64,000 nt of DNA. Source: Candidatus Hydrothermarchaeum profundi (lineage in GTDB: Archaea > Hydrothermarchaeota > Hydrothermarchaeia > Hydrothermarchaeales > Hydrothermarchaeaceae). Made by a program: the position numbers and the translations under genes. The stretch covers positions 872,989 to 936,988 of the forward strand of contig MTMF02000009.1 in NCBI GenBank assembly GCA_002011125.2. Reading direction: 5' to 3'. Numbering within the stretch: position 1 is the first letter of the stretch; each line of letters opens with the position of its first letter. Under the pieces are notes generated by a model. The model was not told the DNA's origin. It saw only the letters and a program-made list of their open reading frames with translations, and did no database searches. Below, piece after piece: positions 58,201-64,000 of this stretch.

Positions 58201-61200
58201 TAAAAATACTATGTGGGGAACTGACTGTGGAAGCTGTGGCTGTGAAAACTGGCTAAAAATAGATTTAGGTGAAAAGAGAGATTTGTCTAGCGTAAAAATC
58301 ATAGGATGGGAGGGATATTCTCATCCTAAGGACTATACTATACAAGTTAGTGAGGATGATATCACATATACAACAGTGATTACCGTTGTAGGAAGCTCAA
58401 CTTATTCATCAACACATCAATTTCCGCCTGGCGTGTCTGGTAGGTGGGTCAAAATAAGTATAACTGATAATGGGGGCGCATATGGGTGGTGCTCGGAAAC
58501 CTACGTAGAGGAGCTTGAAGTATATCCTCTTATTAACGCCTATAATGCCTCTACAAATGCGATAGGAAATCTCACATGGATATTAAAAAATATAACTCCA
58601 CCAAACTCTGATAGATTCTACCAAATACGTTTTGATACTATTGAAAATGGCGAGAAAAAGGCCCCTGGCTACCAAGTTAATTATAGTGGATTGCAACCGG
58701 CAGAGGGCTTGAATATTTATGAGTATTCAACATATTTCAACCAGCCTCCTATTGCGTTAATAGAAGCCAATAACTCCACTCTTAGAAATAGGCCATTAAC
58801 CCTAAATGGATCTGGCTCTTATGATCCGGAAGGAGATGAGCTACAGTATATTTGGAATTTAGGCGACTGTAGCAGAGGGTTAGGAGAGTATATAGTACAT
58901 ACTTTCACAGCTAACACATCTTCTGATCTTGGTGTTAAAAATGTAACTCTATCTGTCTATGATAAAGAGGGAGGGGCAGGTATAGGCTCCTTTTTAGTTG
59001 AAGTTAGTAACGAGCCTCCAACGTTATATTTAGGCAACATGACCTTTATAGAAGACAACTTTTCTGTATTCTATGTAAATGCGAGTGATATAGACCAGCT
59101 TAGCTTCAGCGCTACTATAATCCCAAACCTCACAAAATTTAATATCAATGCTACTGGCGCTATATCCTTCACGCCAGACAATTGGGATGTGGGGAATTAT
59201 ACTGTTAACGTTTCAGTATCGGATGGCCTAGTAACGGTCTCGGATACAGCTAGCTTAGAAATAGTAAACGTAAATGATCCCCCTGCGCTCGAGGAGATTG
59301 GAAAGCTAAATGCAACTCAAGATGAACCTTTTTACTATGATGTGAATGCGTCAGACGATGATATCATACATGGTGATGTACTATCCTTCTATGATAATAC
59401 TACTCTTTTTGATATTAATGAATCAACAGGAGTAATATCATTCACACCCAATAATAGTGATGTGGGGATATATTCAATAAATATCTCAGTTACAGATGGC
59501 GAAGAATGGGATTTCGAAGAGATACTATTTAGAGTTGCAAACATCAATGATCCTCCTAACATAACTCAGCATTATCCACAATATAATCCAACTATCAATG
59601 AAACCCAGAATTTCACTTTTAATGTAACGGCAATAGATCCTGATGGAGACCCCTTATTCTATACCTGGTACCTAGATGGCTCGAAGGTCGCTGATGCATC
59701 CGGAAGCTCTTGGACATATCAATCCGATTACAATAGTAGTGGCGTACATGAGGTAAAGGCAATTGTAGATGACATTTCACTGGCAGCACATGTTTCCTGG
59801 AATATTACGGTTTTAAATGTGAACCGTCCCCCAATTATCACGATCCTTTCTCCTACGAATCATTCTTATTACATTGAGAGTCAGAAAATAGAAATAGTGT
59901 CTTCAGCCCAAGACCCTGATGGAGACCAGTTGAATTATAGTATAATGCTAGACGGGGTTGAGATTTCAAATGACTCAAACTATAGCTATACTTGGAGCTA
60001 TGAAAGTGCCGGAAACCATACTATAAATATAACAGTCACAGACAGTAATGGAGCTTCTGCTAGCGAGAGTATTGTGGTTTTTGTAACCGAACCGGACATT
60101 TCTTTGAATTCTTCAGAGGTATACTTCTCTGATTCTCTCGTAGATGGACGTAGAGTATTGATAACAGCCACCGTAAGCAACTTGGGAAATGCAAGTACTT
60201 CTCAACTCTACCTCTTCTTCTATGATGGAAACATCACTAGTGGAGGGTATATCGGTAAGCAGGTTTTCACTCTTCAGCCATATTCAGTAACCAATGTATC
60301 TGTATATTGGACCCCAAGCTATGGAAACCATACCATCACTCTCTATGCCGATCCAAACCAAGTGGCGCCCAATTACGAAACAAGTAGTGAGAACAATCTT
60401 GCTACAAAGGAGGTGTATGTTAAAGCTAAGCCTGACCTTGCAATATACCCGGAGAACATAATTATTAAAGATTCTAATCTCGTGGAGGGGGATAATATAA
60501 GCATAGAGGCAACCATAATAAATGAAAACGAGACTGATGTCAGCTCTTTCATCGCCGAGTTAAGAGTAGATAACATAGTTAAAGCTACAAAAGAGTTATC
60601 TGTATCTGGAAATTCAAATACTACAACAAGCTTCAGTTGGATTGTTCTAGAGGGAGAACAAGAAATATCAATAGTCATAGATCCAGAAGATGTAATTGAT
60701 GAGGGGAATGAATCAAACAATCAAGCATCTGTTAAAATCACAGGAACGAGGGGATCAATAGACTTAACACCGCCTGTTATAAGAGTTTTTAATCCTTCTA
60801 ATGGCTCAAGTATTAATATCTTTAACAACACGGTAAAGGGAGAAGTTAGCGATAGAAGCGGAATTGATAATATAACCCTCAAACTCAATGGGGATATGGT
60901 AGATTCTTGGAACACGCCAGGCACTTTCCTTGAGAAGGTAAGCTATTCCCTAGGAAAAAACATTATAGAAATAATTGCAACCGACGCTTTAGGCCACTCA
61001 TCTACAAAGGAGGTAGAAGTTGAAGTACTGGCGCCGTATGCGAGTTTTCTAAAAAATGCTAGTGAAAAGGAATTCCTCGAAGTGGATGTTAGAAACCTCA
61101 CGAGTACTCTAATAGAGTTTATGCCGGAGACTGATTCCCTATTAAATATAACAATAGAAGCTGGAAGAGAGCCTTCGGACCTCTCAGCAAGACCGATGAC

Positions 61201-61966
61201 ATCCGCATATGGGTTAGAATCTCAGTACTCTCTCAACAAGTTTGTCAAAGTAGATATAACCAAGACTAACGACGGCTCTGGAGCTAATGTCTCATGGGCC
61301 CTTCTAAAGATATATTACAGCGAGGAAGATTTGGATAGAACAGGGGATGGTGAAGGAGGGCAATCTGGGGATATCAGTGAAGATTCTCTCCGGCTATACT
61401 GGTATTCTGAAAGCGAAGAAAAATGGATACCGCTAAGTCAGGAGGTAGGGCTAGTTGAGAAAGGAGCTCCCGATGTTTACAGCAGTGGTATTAATAAAGC
61501 TGAAAACTATATCTGGGCAAACTTGTCTCATTTTTCTGTTTACGGGGTAGCAGGGGATCCGATAACAGAGGGGTACAATAGCGGTAGTGGATATTCACGT
61601 CCACCAGTAGTGTTTCTCGCAAATTCTATTGACGGAAATATCTCCAAGAGCTTCATTTCATTTTTAGAAAAAAATGGAGTAAAAATAATACACGTAGATG
61701 CATCCAATTTCTCGGAATTCAAAAAAAGGAGGTATATCCTTATATTAGGAGGGCCAGATGCATACGAAGGAGTGGGAGACATTGTTAGCGGAATTCTAAC
61801 AGAAAATGAGAAGGAAGCCATTAGAAAAGGAGAAAAAAAGCTGTATATAAGTGATAACGTTTGGGAAGACTTCCAAACAGTAATACTTCTCGCGGGCAGA
61901 GATCGGTGGGCAACAAGAGAAGTTTGTGAAGAAAATAAATATGAGGTCCTAAGAAAAATAAGGTAG
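55229..61966 (+). CDS. Large surface/adhesin protein: FG-GAP/VCBS repeats, PKD, cadherin-like repeats, F5/8-type C (discoidin), CARDB, S-layer-type C-terminal domain
   Basis: Signal peptide; repeated SSPA.GD.DGDG..EVVVGS.D..VY.W...G....GWP; N.NDPP cadherin-like units; NIALGK.ATASS...W.KIDLG discoidin; PD..(E)..NN CARDB; C-terminal LANSID...ILGGPDAYEGVG...AG.DR..T. Start set at ATG 55229. Confidence 0.88.
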   Translation: MSCNRLKAIKYLIAIICLIYLYPSVYALGNQTGWPYYVGNSLSSPIIVNLDGNLSTGLEIVLSRGPGIHQGRGRVYAFYYTNETLFPSGYLEVSTDGESIGPPAVGDLMGDGKLSVVVGSSLGKIYAWYYNGSGVLNQSGLFTVTGNNIQSSPVLVDLDSNISNGLEILVGLENGSLQAWYSNGSLMWSKSVGGAIYSISVADLDGDSAIEIVAGSGDSKVYALHWDGAPVSGWPVDTGGPVVASPATCDLDRDGYPEIITGSEDFKVYAWRHDGTALAGWPVTTYNYVESSPSCGDLNGDGYLEVVVGSRDHSVYVWNYNGTLLDGWPKSTEGNVDSSPALGDVDGDGSVDVVVGSSDGKVYAWSFNGSNIEGWPIQVDSQVGSSPAIGDTDLDNKTEVIVTTQGAWIYVWETGVYNKSKVLWPMFRQNPAQTASVHPIVKIISPQVIGWFGAYEDSLFSLNLSSITFPYHSAVTFNGSAFYPNGEILAYHWSSDINGSIGNSSDFIIETLKRGYHRITLTISTDDGSSGSATGDLFIYNGQVNFSDNTSLFEINSSTGYISFIPDNWQVGDYGINITVSDSEGVLGSKTFYLTIFNTNDPPLINTTSPQTIVNEDTIWSYDFNATDDDVDAGYGDTLTWYVNNTKISIDPSTGFATWIPGNSEVGYTTINITVEDSEGESDTLIFDVYVNNTNDPPVLEHIGPQTAITNHTFYLKINASDIDKGDNDTLIFSDDTPLFDINSTTGEINFTPTLSQAGNTYFVNISVRDSSGAVDYEIVQFFIDYEIKELDVSCSLNKENYYVNENVTLECTVTNYYGQNATADIVQAIITTPCGEVWKNLTRVGDNIYKAIIDDSFIQGNYTLTIYANKSNYTSGEATLSFEALPPATWHYYKNVTVNSGTSERENAPIKLELNFTYEISSVGGSGTFDNNSIRIYEVDSQGNEVAEVEYLFEKSTGEPGATNIALGKTATASSSYGGGYEPWRAVDGNKNTMWGTDCGSCGCENWLKIDLGEKRDLSSVKIIGWEGYSHPKDYTIQVSEDDITYTTVITVVGSSTYSSTHQFPPGVSGRWVKISITDNGGAYGWCSETYVEELEVYPLINAYNASTNAIGNLTWILKNITPPNSDRFYQIRFDTIENGEKKAPGYQVNYSGLQPAEGLNIYEYSTYFNQPPIALIEANNSTLRNRPLTLNGSGSYDPEGDELQYIWNLGDCSRGLGEYIVHTFTANTSSDLGVKNVTLSVYDKEGGAGIGSFLVEVSNEPPTLYLGNMTFIEDNFSVFYVNASDIDQLSFSATIIPNLTKFNINATGAISFTPDNWDVGNYTVNVSVSDGLVTVSDTASLEIVNVNDPPALEEIGKLNATQDEPFYYDVNASDDDIIHGDVLSFYDNTTLFDINESTGVISFTPNNSDVGIYSINISVTDGEEWDFEEILFRVANINDPPNITQHYPQYNPTINETQNFTFNVTAIDPDGDPLFYTWYLDGSKVADASGSSWTYQSDYNSSGVHEVKAIVDDISLAAHVSWNITVLNVNRPPIITILSPTNHSYYIESQKIEIVSSAQDPDGDQLNYSIMLDGVEISNDSNYSYTWSYESAGNHTINITVTDSNGASASESIVVFVTEPDISLNSSEVYFSDSLVDGRRVLITATVSNLGNASTSQLYLFFYDGNITSGGYIGKQVFTLQPYSVTNVSVYWTPSYGNHTITLYADPNQVAPNYETSSENNLATKEVYVKAKPDLAIYPENIIIKDSNLVEGDNISIEATIINENETDVSSFIAELRVDNIVKATKELSVSGNSNTTTSFSWIVLEGEQEISIVIDPEDVIDEGNESNNQASVKITGTRGSIDLTPPVIRVFNPSNGSSINIFNNTVKGEVSDRSGIDNITLKLNGDMVDSWNTPGTFLEKVSYSLGKNIIEIIATDALGHSSTKEVEVEVLAPYASFLKNASEKEFLEVDVRNLTSTLIEFMPETDSLLNITIEAGREPSDLSARPMTSAYGLESQYSLNKFVKVDITKTNDGSGANVSWALLKIYYSEEDLDRTGDGEGGQSGDISEDSLRLYWYSESEEKWIPLSQEVGLVEKGAPDVYSSGINKAENYIWANLSHFSVYGVAGDPITEGYNSGSGYSRPPVVFLANSIDGNISKSFISFLEKNGVKIIHVDASNFSEFKKRRYILILGGPDAYEGVGDIVSGILTENEKEAIRKGEKKLYISDNVWEDFQTVILLAGRDRWATREVCEENKYEVLRKIR

Positions 61967-61975
61967 GTGTTGTGA

Positions 61976-63484
61976 GTGAAGAGTAATATTTTTCTCCCTA
62001 TTCTTATCCTCACTCTTACTTTTTCCGGAGTTAGTGCAGCAAGTTGGGTGCATTTAGATTATGACTGGGAGGGTGATGGTAATGATACAAGCACTATTGG
62101 AGTTGACCCTCCTCAGAAATGGGAAGGCTGTTTCGCATGTCATGAAAACGGAATATGGCCTGGTAAAACACGGATATGCGAAGACTGCCATTTAGAAGGC
62201 GGATTAGGGCCCTTTAATAGTACTGGGACAGGGGAACACTTCCAGTATAGGCTCAGAGAGGATTATAATGCTAGAAAAGTTTACCAGCATTATTTTGGTG
62301 CACCGGTAGGTGTTCCATCTCAAAGGATAAGCGGTGCAGCCGTAACTTCTTCAACATGTTTTGGATACAACAATAATACCGGCGAGGGTAGATGTCATGG
62401 CATATCAAGTGCGCATCCTATTGATGGATATTATTCTTTTGACACCAGTAAAACCCTTAATCAAAGTGACCCCTATACCTTTACTGTAAAAGAGCATCTC
62501 CCAGATACTAATAACTGCTTATACTGTCACAGGCAGGAAAATGAAACCATAAGAATAGCGTGGGGGAATGCGAGTTTTCTAGGAGATCATTATAATTCCA
62601 CGGATAACACAGACTGTTATAGTTGTCATGTTGAGAGGGGGGTTAAGCCTATTTCATTTCACAGAGTTATAGTTAAACTGGCAGAAGGTCAGTCCGAAGA
62701 GACCTCACTACCTATCATAGGAGGAGGGGGATCACCAGCTACCGTTGAATCTGATCCCTTTAAAAGCGGAGTTAGCATCCTAACTACGGAACTTCTAAGG
62801 CAGATTATTATAGAAAAAAACCTAAGGTATGCAGATACTTTTGATGGGCCAAAAACCCTGGTTGGTCCCCTTATATTACTTGGAATGTATCCAAATCCTG
62901 AGGATCCTGGAGCATTAAGGGCTATGGCAAAAACCTCAGAAAAAATTCGAGAAGATGTATACAACATATCTGCCTATAGAGTCCTACAAAAATTCGATTC
63001 AACTGACTCACTAATTTTAGCGAGAGGAGACCTAGAAGTTGACTCTATGGCTGCTATCGCATACGCTAAGTCTGCGGGAATCCCGATATTACTAACTCGT
63101 CCAACCGATTTGCCTCGAAGTACCCTTAGTGCGATATCAAAGTTAAATCCAAAAAAGATCATAATAGTAGGGGGCCCAGTTGCTGTTTCTAAGGAAGTTG
63201 AAACAGCACTAGCGTCTATCGCTAAAGTAGAAAGAATCCAAGGGAAGAACCGTGTTGAAACGTCAATCGAGATTGCAAAGAGATCTTCTTCCAGTATTAT
63301 AGTTATTACTAGCGCTGCTTTCCCGAGCACAGACGCAGCCTTTATATCCTATATCTATGGAGCTCCGATTATATACGTCGATCCCACTGGCCCTTCTAAC
63401 GCTGTGAAAGAATACTTTTCCTCGCTTAGAGGGGTGAAAGTAGTATTAGTGGGCGTGGATACCGAATTACTTAAAGAACTATAG
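61976..63484 (+). CDS. Multiheme cytochrome c fused to cell-wall-binding repeat 2 (CW_binding_2)
   Basis: Signal peptide; CFACH, CEDCH, Cx11CH, CLYCH, CYSCH; C-terminal ILARGD..VD...A...A....PILLT, IVGG..AVS..VE and RI.G.NR.ETS.EIA motifs. Confidence 0.88.
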   Translation: MKSNIFLPILILTLTFSGVSAASWVHLDYDWEGDGNDTSTIGVDPPQKWEGCFACHENGIWPGKTRICEDCHLEGGLGPFNSTGTGEHFQYRLREDYNARKVYQHYFGAPVGVPSQRISGAAVTSSTCFGYNNNTGEGRCHGISSAHPIDGYYSFDTSKTLNQSDPYTFTVKEHLPDTNNCLYCHRQENETIRIAWGNASFLGDHYNSTDNTDCYSCHVERGVKPISFHRVIVKLAEGQSEETSLPIIGGGGSPATVESDPFKSGVSILTTELLRQIIIEKNLRYADTFDGPKTLVGPLILLGMYPNPEDPGALRAMAKTSEKIREDVYNISAYRVLQKFDSTDSLILARGDLEVDSMAAIAYAKSAGIPILLTRPTDLPRSTLSAISKLNPKKIIIVGGPVAVSKEVETALASIAKVERIQGKNRVETSIEIAKRSSSSIIVITSAAFPSTDAAFISYIYGAPIIYVDPTGPSNAVKEYFSSLRGVKVVLVGVDTELLKEL

Positions 63485-63635
63485 AGTAACATGCATATTC
63501 TGCCACACAAGATCTAATATAAGCACTACGGTTTCTAAAAATTTAGCAACATACAAAACAAGCTTATTGTTCGTTTTTACAAATTCTTAAAAGAAACTCT
63601 TATATTTAGAATAAGAGACTATACTTGGAGGAAGG

Positions 63636-64000
63636 ATGTCTATAATCAAAATAGCCGCAATATTAGTTATCCTTGCTTTGCTGTTATCGGCTGGAGATGC
63701 GTATGCAGCTCAGATTAATGAATCTACCGGTCCAGGAGGCTATGGCTGGCAGCAGGTATATGATGTCCCTCCAGGTGCCAAAACAACTGCGGTAACTGCT
63801 ACCAGAATAACAGGTTCTGCAGATAGGAAGTACTACGACTATGGATACAAAAAGATTCAGATCTCAGGGAGATATGAAAACTATTGGTCAACCGACTCTG
63901 GATGGTGGTATGTAAGTGGAACATCTCCAAACATCTATATAACAATATATGATAATGCTAGCAATGTTGTTGTTGGTCCTGATCTAGGCGTTTCTACTAC
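63636..64000 (+). CDS. Paralog of the GPGGYGWQQ protein at 42556 (runs off the right edge)
   Basis: Not in the ORF track. GGAGG then ATG 63636: MSIIKIAAILVILALLLSAGDAYA-AQINESTGPGGYGWQQVY...TRITGSADRKYYDYGYKKIQISGRYENYWSTDSGWWYV...IYDN. Confidence 0.88.
   Translation, partial: MSIIKIAAILVILALLLSAGDAYAAQINESTGPGGYGWQQVYDVPPGAKTTAVTATRITGSADRKYYDYGYKKIQISGRYENYWSTDSGWWYVSGTSPNIYITIYDNASNVVVGPDLGVST

Noticed and set aside
3124-63330. Many short ORFs in the track that overlap longer genes (e.g. 12842-13249, 17282-17764, 27196-27723, 34949-35467, 61540-62013)
   Set aside because: Antisense or alternate-frame shadows of well-supported genes, with no family motifs.
1-64000. CRISPR array, cas genes, transposases or a diversity-generating retroelement
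   Set aside because: No regularly spaced repeats, and no cas, transposase or reverse transcriptase ORFs. The intragenic repeats are essentially identical and lack the many adenine-specific mismatches of a DGR template/variable pair.

Overview
Archaeal chromosomal window from an anaerobic, probably (hyper)thermophilic marine euryarchaeote. The gene content (Mch, MesC-type methionine synthase, di-myo-inositol-phosphate genes, many c-type multiheme cytochromes, CW_binding_2-anchored surface proteins) fits Hydrothermarchaeota, but that assignment is inference. Bases 1-42 kb are mostly housekeeping: trm1, rlmE, ino1 with IPCT/DIPPS, tRNA-Pro(CGG), HMG-CoA synthase/thiolase/DUF35, radA-rpa, mch-cobA, trpF, egsA, oapABC, a UDP-sugar cluster and elp3. 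Bases 42.5-64 kb hold a four-gene cell-surface cassette: (1) a membrane-anchored protein with a GPGGYGWQQ motif; (2) a 3924-aa secreted cytochrome with 67 hand-counted CxxCH plus 10 non-canonical CxnCH motifs, built from 12-heme repeats and interrupted by a nested ~940-aa heme-free insertion; (3) a ~2245-aa adhesin/S-layer protein; (4) a CW_binding_2-fused multiheme cytochrome homologous to the giant's C-terminal module. A paralog of gene 1 starts at the window end, suggesting a second cassette. Features missing from the ORF track include two paralogous 4xCxxC microproteins, an AbrB-type regulator, a truncated GT-C gene at the left edge, and a 17-bp-stem structured RNA candidate upstream of ino1. 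All counts and alignments were done by eye; no database searches were run.
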